DNA of 64,000 nt from a virus. The position numbers and the translations under genes are program-made. This document shows positions 42,317-53,537 of this stretch, one piece after another. The notes beneath the pieces were generated by a model, which saw only the letters and a program-made list of their open reading frames with translations, ran no database searches and had not been told where the DNA came from. Where the stretch lies: positions 14,549-78,548 of IMG/VR virus record IMGVR_UViG_3300042896_000648; one strand, 5' to 3'. Each line of letters starts with the position of its first letter. Position 1 is the first letter of the stretch.

Positions 42317-42886
42317 TTATAGGTAAGTTTCCTCTAAGTATCTTCTATAATAAATAGCTTCCAATTCTGTTTCAAATGATTTTTCATATATAATCTTATT
42401 CACAGAAAGATATGCGTGCCAATTATTCCATATCTTATTATAAGAAACTCCTATATTTTTATTATTACATCTTCTGTTCCAACACTGTTCGTGAGGAGTA
42501 GCCCATCTGCAATTTTCTTTACAATAGTTACCATTTACATCTATTCTATCTATAGAATGTATTTTGGATGGTTTATCTCCCATGTCTCTAAGAAATATAT
42601 TAAAATCATTAAGCCATTCATCACTCATCTTTATACCCCTTCCTCCATAATACTTATATGAATGATTGCTTTTATTATAACATCTTGCTTTTATTCTACT
42701 CCATGTATTGTATAATGGGTTATTGTGCCTATCCTCTCCACACACCTTACTTACATAATCTATATCACCATATCTAATATATCTAGTATAGTGCTTACTG
42801 CAATAACCTCTCATTAAATATTCTTTACCATTCACGATTCTTAGCTTTGATGTACATCCATCAACTTTACATTTTTTATCTGTCAT
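42317..42886 (-). CDS. HNH homing-type endonuclease with AP2-like C-terminus
   Basis: YGGRGI, SIDRIDVNGNY..ENCRWAT..EQ..N. Confidence 0.85.
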   Translation of the reverse strand: MTDKKCKVDGCTSKLRIVNGKEYLMRGYCSKHYTRYIRYGDIDYVSKVCGEDRHNNPLYNTWSRIKARCYNKSNHSYKYYGGRGIKMSDEWLNDFNIFLRDMGDKPSKIHSIDRIDVNGNYCKENCRWATPHEQCWNRRCNNKNIGVSYNKIWNNWHAYLSVNKIIYEKSFETELEAIYYRRYLEETYL

Positions 42887-42893
42887 TTTTTTA

Positions 42894-44093
42894 TTATTTA
42901 AACCAATAAGGATAATGATTTTTGATATTCTCTTTCTTATTTATATTAAAGAATCTAAATCCGGACTTAGTATTAGAAAAATTACTTTTTACCCAATTGC
43001 TAGGTGGCGAGAATGAAGGGTAGTTATAATATTGGAAATCTGTACTTGTACTATCATCAAATAATGAAAGGTGTGAATCTCCTTTAGAAAACTCTATGAA
43101 ATTTCCATCATATAATCTATTCTCCTTGCAGAAGTGATCTATTTTCTTAGCTTGCTTATCATCTAAATGTGGTTTAAAACCAAATTTTAATGCTTCTGAA
43201 TCTTTACCATGAGATGTTATAAATGTATGATTTCCTACCTTATAAAAGTCTATAAATTTCTTTTGGCTATTTACCTGTACGTTGGTGTATTTTTGTTCTA
43301 ATATTCCTTTTATTGCTTGGCTCACAAAGTACCCAAATACTCCACTATGATTATCCTCTACAATATTGTTGCATATTATCTTATCGTACCTAGTTATTAA
43401 TGAATCTACCAACTTTACTCCAAACCAAACGCCTAAATCAAATGATTCTTTGTCATTCATATTTTGCGGTAATTCATGCCCTCTCCTAGTAGTTTCTCCA
43501 CCTAGTCCATCCATATAATCACCTAAGTTATCTATAATCAATAAGTCTGATTTCTTATTAGTTATAGTATGATTTATCATTATACTTAATCTACTAAGAA
43601 CTTCTTCTTTATCCCATTTTCCGTCATATAAAGGGTCTCCATTACCTCTTACATCCATTCCTATATGAGTGTCTGTATAAACAAGCCTATCAAACCATTC
43701 ATTGTCTTTTTCCTCTTTATTTATATAAAAAACAGGCTTAATATGCTTGCTGATTACTTCCTCGAAATAGTTTGGTATGTTTAATAGTTTATCGTCCTCT
43801 GTGGTGTAAAAAACTATATTATAGAATGGTATTGCGGTGTGGCTTATAAGTTTGTAGCTTCTTATTTTACTGTGGTCTAACTTATAATAATCACAGTACT
43901 CTTGAATGTTCATTAATAGTCCATCTAGTCCTATTGCTGTAAATCCTTTTATTTTGTAGTCGTTACTCTTTGTTGTGCTTTCTTGTGGTTCTGTCTCTAC
44001 TCTTTTTCCATTCTTTGCTACTTCTACTCCTTCATTTTTACGAAAAGCTTCTATTAAGTTGGCTTCCTCGTCACTGAGTCTTAGTCTTGGCAT
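42894..44093 (-). CDS. Calcineurin-like metallophosphoesterase
   Basis: DTHIG, LGD..DG, DNH, SHG and GDSH motifs. Confidence 0.75.
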   Translation of the reverse strand: MPRLRLSDEEANLIEAFRKNEGVEVAKNGKRVETEPQESTTKSNDYKIKGFTAIGLDGLLMNIQEYCDYYKLDHSKIRSYKLISHTAIPFYNIVFYTTEDDKLLNIPNYFEEVISKHIKPVFYINKEEKDNEWFDRLVYTDTHIGMDVRGNGDPLYDGKWDKEEVLSRLSIMINHTITNKKSDLLIIDNLGDYMDGLGGETTRRGHELPQNMNDKESFDLGVWFGVKLVDSLITRYDKIICNNIVEDNHSGVFGYFVSQAIKGILEQKYTNVQVNSQKKFIDFYKVGNHTFITSHGKDSEALKFGFKPHLDDKQAKKIDHFCKENRLYDGNFIEFSKGDSHLSLFDDSTSTDFQYYNYPSFSPPSNWVKSNFSNTKSGFRFFNINKKENIKNHYPYWFK

Positions 44094-44097
44094 TTTT

Positions 44098-44618
44098 TCA
44101 TTTTTTTAGTTGTATACTATCTTCTTTTATTTTTCTCTTCAATAAATTAAATTTACGTTCTAAATTCCTATGATGCTTCAATAGCTGTTGCTCTCTTAAT
44201 TTTTCTTTAAATATTGTACTCTCTAGTCTTTCTTGGCTCAATTCTGCTTGGCGATATAGTTTTTTAATCGAATCGTCCGTTACCGTAATATTTATCTTTG
44301 AATGTCCTTCTTTTTTTGGCCATACAATCAATGTAGCCATTGTTAATATAAGTGCAACGTCTATGTATTTCATCTCTTAATTAGGCTATCCAACTTATTG
44401 TTGGCATCAATTCTAGTCTTTAATATCAGATAGGTATTCTCCTTCTCTTCTAGTTTTTCAATGAATAAGTCCTTCTTATCCATTTCAAGCTTTAGGTATT
44501 CTTGGCTTTTATAAATAAACCCCATTAATGAGGTAAATAATATTGAAATAGCCAATACTAATTGCCAGTTCCATTGGCCTACATTAATTATACCTTTGTT
44601 GGTATTTGTATCGTTCAT
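44098..44618 (-). other. Two small TM plus coiled-coil ORFs (44098-44373, 44370-44618), holin/spanin candidates
   Basis: Single N-terminal TM segments, near the endolysin, promoter element at 44641-44648. Confidence 0.35.
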
Positions 44619-44744
44619 TATTATTCGTGGTTCAGTTATGCAAATATACTTACTAATAATAACAAATCTTACTCAAATATAAGAAATTTTCCGTATATTA
44701 TACTAATTTAATTTTTATTTATATTAACTAGGTTATTCGGTATA

Positions 44745-46604
44745 TTAAGTCAGCCATGAACTGCCGTTAAAAAAAACTTGACAAGTTACTGCCCCTCCTC
44801 CTACTGCTATTCCTAAATATGTTGGTGTTAAGGCATCGGTTACGTAGGCTATCGAGCCGGTTATTCCTACAGGAAGTGTTGCTACGGTATATCCCCTTAG
44901 CGTTACTTGGCCTCTTAATATTGTTTGAGTTACATTCGCATCGCCTATTACTACTTGGTTACTTGCGGTAGTATAAGTATTTGCTCCTATTGCTATAGAG
45001 TTACTTACCCCTGTTGATTGAGATACATGATACCCTGCATATTTTCCTACAAATACATTGTCCGCTCCTGCTAATATATTATATCCCGAAAAACTACCAA
45101 TAGCAGTATTATTAGACGCTGTGGTTAACCCCAATGAATTAAAACCTACAGAAGTACTATTATTTCCTGAAACAGCAGTTTGATAAGCTAATGAGCCTAT
45201 TGCTGTGTTTTGAAATCCTGTACTTAAAGTTCCTGCTCTATCCCCTAATCCTGTATTATTTGATTGTGTAGTTACACTTGTAAATGATTTATACCCAATT
45301 GTTGTAGTAGATGCAGCTGTAGTTATATTTTTAGCTGCCTCTAATCCAATTGCTATATTTTGTAAACCTGTAGTATTTAAACTTAATGCACTATTACCTA
45401 TTGCTATATTACTTGCTCCAGTAACCATAGCAAGTGCTGTGCCTGTTCCGCTTCCTGCACCTGATGCAACGAAGTATGTTCCTATAGTATTATTGGCTGA
45501 ACCGATTAGAGTAAAGTTAGTAGTTCCTGCACTTATTATCCGATAGGTTGTTCCTACTACGAAACTTCCTGCGTTAGTGTTAGTTATGTTACCTAGTGCT
45601 AAATATCCAACTCCTAAGTTATTTGAAGCTAAATTATTATATAGCGAGTAGTTTCCTGTCGATGTATTATAATTACCTGATATATTTAAGAGAAAAGAGT
45701 TTGCTCCATTGGCAGTATTATTAGTTCCTGTCATTGAAGTATTTCCTGAATTTATACCAGCAAAAAAGTTATTAGTACCATAGTTATGAAGGAATAAAAC
45801 CCCACCCTTAGTAATATTACCACTTGTACTTGTACTTGCATCTAACTCTATATTTCCTACTACCTTTAGCTTTGCGTTAGCGTCACTCCAAGTTCCACTT
45901 AAACTACCTAGTAAGGTTTGTCCGCTCCGTCTTATGGCATCACTTTCTAATGATACTGTGGCGTTAGTTATTTGCGTTCCACCACTTGTTGCAAACATTT
46001 GTGCGTTATTCGCTGTCGCTGCTTGCGTTACAAGTCCGCCACCTGAATCAAATCCTAAAGTATTAGCTATTGTTCCACTAGAAGGCGTTATGGTACTTGA
46101 TACTCCGTTAATACTAGAGGTTAAAGCACTTGAACTAGCCGTTAAGCTATTCGAGTTTACTATAGGTGCGGTATCGCTTACTCCGTTCACCACACTTGTC
46201 ATAGTATTTACACTACTCGATATGTCATTAGTTGTTCCACTACCACCTGATTCTTTTACTAAACTTCCGCCCGCATCAAAACCTAATGAGTAGGCTATTG
46301 TTCCCGAACTTGGTGTTAAAGTACTAGACACTCCGTTTACGCTTGATACAAGAGCGCTAGAACTAGCCGTAAGTGAGTTTGAGTTAATAATAGTCGCTGT
46401 ATCACTCAAAGCATCTACTGTGCTAGTCATAGTGTTTCCACTGCTATCTAGTACGTTTGATTCTACATTACCTCCAGGGAAGTTTACACTAAAATCAGGT
46501 CTATGACCCTTTGAGCCACCTGGTGTAATAGTTATACTTCCATCTTCTGATGTAGCTGAAAATATTTCAGGGTTATTTAGGGTTGAGTAGTCTTCGCAGA
46601 TCAT
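44745..46604 (-). CDS. Tail fibre / adhesin with trimeric beta-roll (YadA-like N.A.G..A) repeats
   Basis: Many NxAIGxxAL repeats, an internal duplication of about 62 aa, and a C-terminal YTVATLP..G..AYVTDA..F.NGS.W motif. Confidence 0.75.
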   Translation of the reverse strand: MICEDYSTLNNPEIFSATSEDGSITITPGGSKGHRPDFSVNFPGGNVESNVLDSSGNTMTSTVDALSDTATIINSNSLTASSSALVSSVNGVSSTLTPSSGTIAYSLGFDAGGSLVKESGGSGTTNDISSSVNTMTSVVNGVSDTAPIVNSNSLTASSSALTSSINGVSSTITPSSGTIANTLGFDSGGGLVTQAATANNAQMFATSGGTQITNATVSLESDAIRRSGQTLLGSLSGTWSDANAKLKVVGNIELDASTSTSGNITKGGVLFLHNYGTNNFFAGINSGNTSMTGTNNTANGANSFLLNISGNYNTSTGNYSLYNNLASNNLGVGYLALGNITNTNAGSFVVGTTYRIISAGTTNFTLIGSANNTIGTYFVASGAGSGTGTALAMVTGASNIAIGNSALSLNTTGLQNIAIGLEAAKNITTAASTTTIGYKSFTSVTTQSNNTGLGDRAGTLSTGFQNTAIGSLAYQTAVSGNNSTSVGFNSLGLTTASNNTAIGSFSGYNILAGADNVFVGKYAGYHVSQSTGVSNSIAIGANTYTTASNQVVIGDANVTQTILRGQVTLRGYTVATLPVGITGSIAYVTDALTPTYLGIAVGGGAVTCQVFFNGSSWLT

Positions 46605-46668
46605 AATATCTTAAACAAGCAATAAATTATAATTTAATTTAGGTGTGTAAATCTCTATTCCTACCATG

Positions 46669-47712
46669 TTAAAACTGTAAATTCAAGCTATCCAAATAAG
46701 ATGTAATTGTATTGGCAATACCTGTATGGCTTATCAATGTGCCGGGGTGTAAACAATCTGTATTCGTTGCAGGAACGTCTGAAGTAGCCCAAATTGTAGA
46801 AGGTGTCGCTGTTCTATCAAAAGAAGTTGCCAAATTTAAAAACTTAACATTTGGGTCTGCTGCTGCTGTTACACTCGCAGCCATTGCCGTACGGTAGGCA
46901 TCTAAATTTGTATTTCTTAACGTCTGCTGTGTTGGTGTTGAACCTAAAAATACCATTATAGCATTTGGCCAAAAAGCTTTTTTGTAAGCTATCATATTAT
47001 CAATATTTGACCGATATAAAGTAGTTCCAATAGATTGACTGCTATCATTTACCCCTAATTGATAAAATATTAATGTCGGTTCATCTACATACAATGAGCC
47101 GTAAGTCAATAAATTATTGAAACTTGTTGAAGTTTTACCGCCCCATGCTTTTTGAGTTAATCTGAATCCTTGAGCATATTTTTTTGCACACCAATCACGA
47201 ACTTGAAATTGATAATAATTCCTATTTCCAATTGCATTAGCTGTAAATGCTGTGATAGAATCGCCCATCCAGTATATTTTACGAGGTGCATTAAAATTGA
47301 AGTCATTTAACATTCGAATTGCACTGAATGTGCTTCCAATTTTAACCGCAGTTCCTGCTTGGGTACTATCGGCATACAAACTCCAATTTGAGCCTAAAGG
47401 ATGTATATAATTGTCGAATGAAAAACTTACTTGACAATTTTTGGGAACAAACGCACCACTAAGAACACTTGCAACTTCACCTGTTGCATCTCCATTCATT
47501 GAGCTATATAAGGAAACTGATTCGGTAGCTGAAAGTGTTATTTTTGGATTAATAAATAAATATGGTCCTGAATCATTTGGTGCTAATGAAAATATATTTG
47601 CTTGATTCGATGATGTAATAGTACCCGACCACGCTCCGCCTGCATTAATATTATATCCTTCCTGCAATAATATTGTTTCTAATTTCGATTTATCGTTTAC
47701 TGGAAATGCCAT
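46669..47712 (-). CDS. SGNH/GDSL hydrolase domain virion protein (putative de-O-acylase)
   Basis: Blocks GDSIT, GG.TS, LGVND and DCLHP. Confidence 0.8.
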   Translation of the reverse strand: MAFPVNDKSKLETILLQEGYNINAGGAWSGTITSSNQANIFSLAPNDSGPYLFINPKITLSATESVSLYSSMNGDATGEVASVLSGAFVPKNCQVSFSFDNYIHPLGSNWSLYADSTQAGTAVKIGSTFSAIRMLNDFNFNAPRKIYWMGDSITAFTANAIGNRNYYQFQVRDWCAKKYAQGFRLTQKAWGGKTSTSFNNLLTYGSLYVDEPTLIFYQLGVNDSSQSIGTTLYRSNIDNMIAYKKAFWPNAIMVFLGSTPTQQTLRNTNLDAYRTAMAASVTAAADPNVKFLNLATSFDRTATPSTIWATSDVPATNTDCLHPGTLISHTGIANTITSYLDSLNLQF

Positions 47713-47733
47713 ATTTTATTTTAAATTTTAAAT

Positions 47734-48903
47734 TTATATTTTTACTGAAGCTTGCCACATGAGGTAGCCGTTTGGATAAAGTTTATATTCACTTGGTTGC
47801 CCTCCGTTGTTTACCGTGTCGGTCAAAACTAGAATGTTTTTAGGTATTTCTCCAACAAGTATTGAAGCTATATCACTGTAATTACTTACAGTAAGATAAT
47901 AGTCTAATAGGTTATTTAATCCACCACCTGCACTTGGTAGTTCTAGTCTTGATTCGGTAGTGTCATCAAACAACAAGTCTATAGTAGCCGTACCCGTAGT
48001 CATTACACCGTATATTACTATTACTATCTTATCTGTAACAAGGACAGGTATAGTATCAGGGTTTAATGCTACTGTATTATTTTGTACTATTGCATTTGAT
48101 GATACTATAGTAGTGTCGTCAAATGTTAGTAATAGTGTTTCTGTTCCACCGCCATTTCTCTTATATAGTTCTGCATAAGAATAATAGTGGTTACTTCCTA
48201 CTGCTTTCTCTGTTTCGTAGTGTAGGTGTAGTGTACCTATTGGGATATTTAATGACCCTAATTCGCCTGCTTCAATTAGGAATTTCCCTAGTATTGTAGG
48301 TGTGGTACTTACTCCTACTGTTGTAGTTACTGTAGGTAAGGCAGATTGTACGTAGTCTTGAATGTTTACAGCCTTATAATATGGTGCGCCTACTGTCGAA
48401 AGCGTTTCAGTAAACATATAGATACTAGCATTACCCGTTTCAGGATATTTCCATGCTACTCCTAAGTCTGCTGTCGAATCTGCGGTAAGTACTTGTCCAT
48501 CAAGTCCTACTGCTAGTCTATTGGCCGCACCCGTTTCGTCACCTACTATCAAATCCCCTAGTTCTTCTAGCGGATTCGTTAGTGGCGTAGTACAGCAATC
48601 GTCTATTATTACCGGTTGGTTATTGTTTGGTCTGTATCCCATTATCTTTTATTATACTACTACTGTTGAGTTTTGTAAGAATAGTGTGCCGTCAGGCCAC
48701 AATCTGTATTCTGTCATAGCATCAGCTTCTTCCTCGTCTTCTTCTACTAATATAGTTAAAGGATAAGCCTTTGGCTCTACTAATAATAAGGCCACGTGTG
48801 TTGGTACTATTTCAAAAAAAAGGTCAAATACTACTTCTTCTGTAGCTGGGTCTGAATTTTTCAGTCCTAATAAGGTTACGTCTTTATCTCCTGGGGTTTG
48901 CAT
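47734..48903 (-). other. Fibre/collar-associated structural ORFs (47734-48642, 48652-48903)
   Basis: GDLIVG...RL.VG.DGQVLTADS....G.AW fibre motif. Both ORFs end in EY.L.P.G.L..Q. Confidence 0.5.
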
Positions 48904-49020
48904 AATTATAGATTATTAGATTTGCGTAGTAAATTAGATTGTGTGGTTCTTTAAGGTTATGTAAAAATACTAAATATTTCTTGGTTATTTTTCAATTTTT
49001 AACTCGAATGTATTTTTAAA

Positions 49021-49058
49021 ATAAATTAAGCCAAGAAATTAATCTTGGCTTAATTTAT
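49021..49058 (-). terminator. Hairpin/terminator after the capsid gene
   Basis: Perfect 16-bp inverted repeat ATAAATTAAGCCAAGA/TCTTGGCTTAATTTAT. Confidence 0.75.
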
Positions 49059-49064
49059 CAGCTA

Positions 49065-50381
49065 TTAAGCACAAACATCAGTCAAAAGTCCTGCATAGAT
49101 CCCCGTCTGAGGATTATCACAGCCAACAGCAGGTCTTGTAAACAAATCCCAACGAGCTCTGTATTGGAAGTCATAAACAGTTTCAGACAAACAAGATGCT
49201 GTACGAGCTGAAATAAATGTGTCAAACAAGAAGTTTGCAGCATCACCTCTACAGTTACGGAAAGTCTGTGTCATTAATCCCATTGAGCGGTGGTATCCGT
49301 TTTGTCCATTAAGTGTAGACAAACGTCTGTTCCTATCCTCGTGTAAAGCAAGCCAGAACAAGGCTAGAGAGTTATCTTCTACGATAAAGAATGTACCAGG
49401 GGCAAAAACGTCATCAATAGTAGTATCTAGGTAGAAATTACCTCTTAAACCAAGTGCTTTCTGTAGGTTATAAGCCTTATCTACACCGTATTGGTCAATT
49501 CCTGCTTGTGAGCCTCTTTCGTCTTCTAATTCTAGGAATTTGTATCCACCGATTATTGAGAAGCCTGTTGCACAACGTGGGTTAGTGCGGATAAATCGTG
49601 TCATCTCTCTGCGATATGCTTCAGTGTCAATTCTCTTCAATAAGTCAGGGCATCCTGGGCTTGTTGAATAAAGGACAGGTACTTCCCAAACGGCATTTCC
49701 TACAGGTACGCCTGTTGTTGCGTCTTTTACATGGTTATAACCTGCGGCGTCATTAATCTTATTCAAGATAGCCTCATTCATAATTGCAAACTGTCCTGTG
49801 ATAGGAGCGTCCATTGTGCGCTTAATCTTTTCTGCGATTAAACCAATCTCATAAGAGCGTTCTTTGATAGGTTGTGTCGAAACGCCATTAATCATTGAGG
49901 CGATTTGACCACCCGTGTTACCTTTATCACGCATTTCTACTACTTTTCTGTAGTACTCTTCTACACCACAACATGAGTCTAACCAGTCTTTATAACCAAT
50001 TGTCATGTTAGCACCTAAGTGTTCTTTAATGGCGAATACTGTTGCTGATTCTGTCGGGGTTGATGTTTCACCGGCTGCGCAAGTAAAAGCGGCTGTATTG
50101 TTAGTAAATACATCGCAGTCAGGCGTATGCCATTGAATGTTTACACCATAATAGTCGTCACCTTCTACTGTTACTGTGTGAATTTTATTTGAGCAGTCTC
50201 TTGGGTCTACACCGTTTACTGTCTTGTCTTGGGTGATAGCTACAGCCGCTCTGAAAGCTCCATAGTTCTCTGCTGCGCCTGAAAGGCCGTTCATTATACC
50301 ATCTATCTGTAAGTTTACCTTTAGGGCATCACAGTCTAGGGTTGGTACAAAGTTACTAGCAGCTACATTGAAATTTGCCAT
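49065..50381 (-). CDS. Major capsid protein
   Basis: Synteny (portal, small acidic, scaffold, this gene), 438 aa, followed by a strong hairpin. Confidence 0.65.
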   Translation of the reverse strand: MANFNVAASNFVPTLDCDALKVNLQIDGIMNGLSGAAENYGAFRAAVAITQDKTVNGVDPRDCSNKIHTVTVEGDDYYGVNIQWHTPDCDVFTNNTAAFTCAAGETSTPTESATVFAIKEHLGANMTIGYKDWLDSCCGVEEYYRKVVEMRDKGNTGGQIASMINGVSTQPIKERSYEIGLIAEKIKRTMDAPITGQFAIMNEAILNKINDAAGYNHVKDATTGVPVGNAVWEVPVLYSTSPGCPDLLKRIDTEAYRREMTRFIRTNPRCATGFSIIGGYKFLELEDERGSQAGIDQYGVDKAYNLQKALGLRGNFYLDTTIDDVFAPGTFFIVEDNSLALFWLALHEDRNRRLSTLNGQNGYHRSMGLMTQTFRNCRGDAANFLFDTFISARTASCLSETVYDFQYRARWDLFTRPAVGCDNPQTGIYAGLLTDVCA

Positions 50382-50404
50382 GTTGTTGTTTATTTAAAAT
50401 GTTA

Positions 50405-51334
50405 TTAATCCCATAGTTTACTTGCCGCTTGCATAAATACGCCTTTGTCAGGCTTACCTACACCTCCGAAACTTACTATGTTTTCGTCTTTTTCTTCTGT
50501 TTTCTTATGTAGGTTATACTCCTTAATAGAAGCTTTTACTACATCGTCTACAGTCAATATCTTACCGTCCACTGCCACTCCAATATCTTCGGTGCTATCT
50601 TGCCTTAATACCACTCTGCCAGAAGCTTCATCAAGTACAATCTTTGCTTTTACCTTATCAATACCGAATGTTTGTGTATTCAGATACTTACTTACTGCCC
50701 CTTGTATCATCCCGTCTGATATTTCTTTATCATATTGAAGTACTTGGTCATTTAAAATTCCACTTCTACTTGCTAGGCTTAAAATGTGGTCGCTTACGGT
50801 TGTTTTTTCAAGTTTTTTAAGCTTGTTTTTTATTTCCGAAATTTCCTTATCTTTTCCTTCTACATCTGTTTTAGGTATGTAGTCTTTACTCACAAGTGCT
50901 TTGTAGTCTTCTAAATTCTTTTCAAGGGCTTTTTTATCTGCGTCAGTATCAAGGGATTTTGCAAGTGCTATTTTCTCTTTGTATTTACCTAGCAAATATT
51001 TGTTCTTTTTTACAGACCCATCCTGTTCGCTATACTCTTTCAACTCATCGTTGTCTAGTATATTTATGTGCTCACCGATACTGCTGTCAAGGCTGTCTAA
51101 TGTGGCTTTGCGGGCTTTCTTATGTTCGGCATCCTTGACCTTGTCAATTATACTTGAACTGTTCTCCGCTTCTAGCTGTGTTAGAAAGCTAGTTTTTAAT
51201 TTTGTCTGAAACTCCGAACCTACGGTATCGTCTATTTCAATTTCATTTAGTTTTGAGATTACTTCTTCTCCAAAGCTTTTGAAGTCAAGTCCTGCTGTTG
51301 CAAACTTTTCTTCCAGTACTGATAATATTTTCAT
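50405..51334 (-). CDS. Capsid scaffolding protein
   Basis: Charged coiled-coil protein directly upstream of the putative capsid gene. Confidence 0.6.
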   Translation of the reverse strand: MKILSVLEEKFATAGLDFKSFGEEVISKLNEIEIDDTVGSEFQTKLKTSFLTQLEAENSSSIIDKVKDAEHKKARKATLDSLDSSIGEHINILDNDELKEYSEQDGSVKKNKYLLGKYKEKIALAKSLDTDADKKALEKNLEDYKALVSKDYIPKTDVEGKDKEISEIKNKLKKLEKTTVSDHILSLASRSGILNDQVLQYDKEISDGMIQGAVSKYLNTQTFGIDKVKAKIVLDEASGRVVLRQDSTEDIGVAVDGKILTVDDVVKASIKEYNLHKKTEEKDENIVSFGGVGKPDKGVFMQAASKLWD

Positions 51335-51338
51335 GTTT

Positions 51339-51689
51339 TTATCTTTTGTATTTTTCTATTGGTACGTATCCTAGTTTAATTATTCCTTTTTTAATTCCGT
51401 GTGCTAGTTTACCACTGTTTTGGCGGTAGGTTACTACATCGTCATCTGCCATTCCGTCATCCTCACCTTTAGGTGCGATTAATTTTTCTATCACTGCTAT
51501 TACGTCTGCGATTGGCGATATTTCTTCTACTGAAGATATTTCTTCAATTACTGTTTCTTCAATCGGTGAAACTTCGTCTACTTGAGAAATCTCTTCAATG
51601 GTAGGGACATCAATGTCCTTATCATCTACCACTACTTCTTGTTCTACTTCGGTAGCTTCTACCTCTGTATTGTTCTTTTTTTTGCTCAT
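51339..51689 (-). CDS. Small acidic protein
   Basis: Glu/Val-rich with IEEIS.V.E.SPI repeats. Confidence 0.5.
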   Translation of the reverse strand: MSKKKNNTEVEATEVEQEVVVDDKDIDVPTIEEISQVDEVSPIEETVIEEISSVEEISPIADVIAVIEKLIAPKGEDDGMADDDVVTYRQNSGKLAHGIKKGIIKLGYVPIEKYKR

Positions 51690-53536
51690 GTTGTTGGTGC
51701 TTGTGTGCTCGATTTCGAGCTCGGCACATCTGTTGTTAAATTAATATTTGTTGCTTCTGCTAGGTACTTTTCAGCTATACTATAAGCTATTTCTTTTTGT
51801 TTTGCTCGCTCTAGATACAGAAATCCATCGTTCATTTCCATGGCTTCTATCATTATAGCGTCTATATTAGTTGCTAGTATGTATTTTAAGTCGCTTAGTA
51901 TTGGTCGTGATGCCATCTTTGTATCTAGGTTACTTGCGGGCATTGGATCTATTCTCTTCCTTGCTTCAAAGTAGGCTAGTTCATCACTATTTGTTCCACT
52001 CTCCTTATCTATTAAGTCTTTCGAGTAGCTTAGTTTAAGGTAATCGGGTAGTCCGTAAGTTTCTGCGTTCTGTAGTTTGGCGGTTGAGCTTTCTGCTGTA
52101 CTTAAATTAAGACTCTTCGGCATTAATACTACGGGCATTTCATGCTCTAGGTCTTCCCTACTTAACTTTACGAATCTCATATTTGTCATCGAGATTACGG
52201 TTAAGTCTAATAGTTCTCCTATGTGGTCACTCATGCTTTGCACAAAACTCTTTCCTTCTTCTTTATCTTGGCTCTTAGCTTCTCCACTTTGATTAAGTGG
52301 CACTTCCATTAAGTGTTCTAGGCCGAATGGTTTTAATGCCCACCTTATATTGTCTTCAAATGCTTCTTTAAATAACCTAGCTCCTGTTTCGGGTCTTTCT
52401 ATAAAGCCTCCTATCGAACTTGGCGTTTTACTTGTATTTCCCATAGCATCTGTATTCACAGGTATGGTTATAGTTTCAAGTCCACTTCCACTCAATCCTT
52501 GTACTTTTCCTGTCGAGTTACAGCTAGGGCACTCTAATGCTTTACCTCCCTTATTTGGGTCGGGTATTCTTCCTGTTCCGTTACACTTATTACAGTCTAC
52601 TATTCCTAGTAGCCATGCTATTGAGCTTCCATGAAAGTTGTGTTCTACTATCTTATCCATGTAGTTCATCATTGCATTTCTTAAAAATACAAGTGAATCA
52701 TACAGGTCGCTAGTTCTTAATTCATGTCCATCTTCTGTGTATTCATACAGCTTTCTACCTACTTTCATTGCAGGCATACTTGTATGTCCGTGTTTCCTAA
52801 ACTCTCCTTTTACGGTGTTTAAGTTCCACATTTTTTTATTTGTTCCTTCTTCGTAGCCTACGTGTTTGGCTACTAGGTAGTTTTTTCTGTCAAAGAAATA
52901 ATAAATGTCTCCTGAGCCGTAATCAATCTGTCCACCTGGCCACGCTACATCACACTTCAATTCACTCTTTACTATACATATTTCATTCGCTTTATAAAAA
53001 AGGGTGTTCTCTGGTTTTATATACGTATAGTATGGTCTTGCATAGTCTCCTTCTTGTTCGTTTGGTATTATTACAAGTATCGAGTTTGGTGCGGTCAAAA
53101 TCTTACTTACTATCGTGTTGGCGATTGTGTTAAAGAAGTTTTGCCCGTTATAATAGTCTTTGGTTAGGTAGTGTTGTATTGTATCCTTCTTGGGGAGTCG
53201 AGAATTTTCTTGGAATACTATTCTGCAATCGTAACTCTTCAATACTTTATCTCCTTGCTTTTCAATGTGCCCAAGAAATCCCATTACAGGGTTTCCTGTG
53301 GCCTCAAAATAGTCTTTTCTATATTTTTTTTGTGTTTCACTTTCATTTGGTCGCTGTATTAGCATAAAATTTGGATAAGTATTGCCGAACGTCTCGGCAA
53401 TACTCTTATCCATTGCTACAGCTTCATCTGCATAAAAATCTTCAAGATGCACTTCTTCTTCCAGTACAATTTGTACAAGTTGCTTTGTAAGTTCTGTCTG
53501 GGTTTCAACGAATCTTGTAAAATCTATATTCAGCAT
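51686..53536 (-). CDS. Portal protein with inserted DnaJ-type Zn finger
   Basis: 616 aa, portal-type QSGEAK..D motif, synteny, CNKCNGTG..CPSCNSTG. Confidence 0.7.
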   Translation of the reverse strand: MLNIDFTRFVETQTELTKQLVQIVLEEEVHLEDFYADEAVAMDKSIAETFGNTYPNFMLIQRPNESETQKKYRKDYFEATGNPVMGFLGHIEKQGDKVLKSYDCRIVFQENSRLPKKDTIQHYLTKDYYNGQNFFNTIANTIVSKILTAPNSILVIIPNEQEGDYARPYYTYIKPENTLFYKANEICIVKSELKCDVAWPGGQIDYGSGDIYYFFDRKNYLVAKHVGYEEGTNKKMWNLNTVKGEFRKHGHTSMPAMKVGRKLYEYTEDGHELRTSDLYDSLVFLRNAMMNYMDKIVEHNFHGSSIAWLLGIVDCNKCNGTGRIPDPNKGGKALECPSCNSTGKVQGLSGSGLETITIPVNTDAMGNTSKTPSSIGGFIERPETGARLFKEAFEDNIRWALKPFGLEHLMEVPLNQSGEAKSQDKEEGKSFVQSMSDHIGELLDLTVISMTNMRFVKLSREDLEHEMPVVLMPKSLNLSTAESSTAKLQNAETYGLPDYLKLSYSKDLIDKESGTNSDELAYFEARKRIDPMPASNLDTKMASRPILSDLKYILATNIDAIMIEAMEMNDGFLYLERAKQKEIAYSIAEKYLAEATNINLTTDVPSSKSSTQAPTT

Positions 53537-53537
53537 A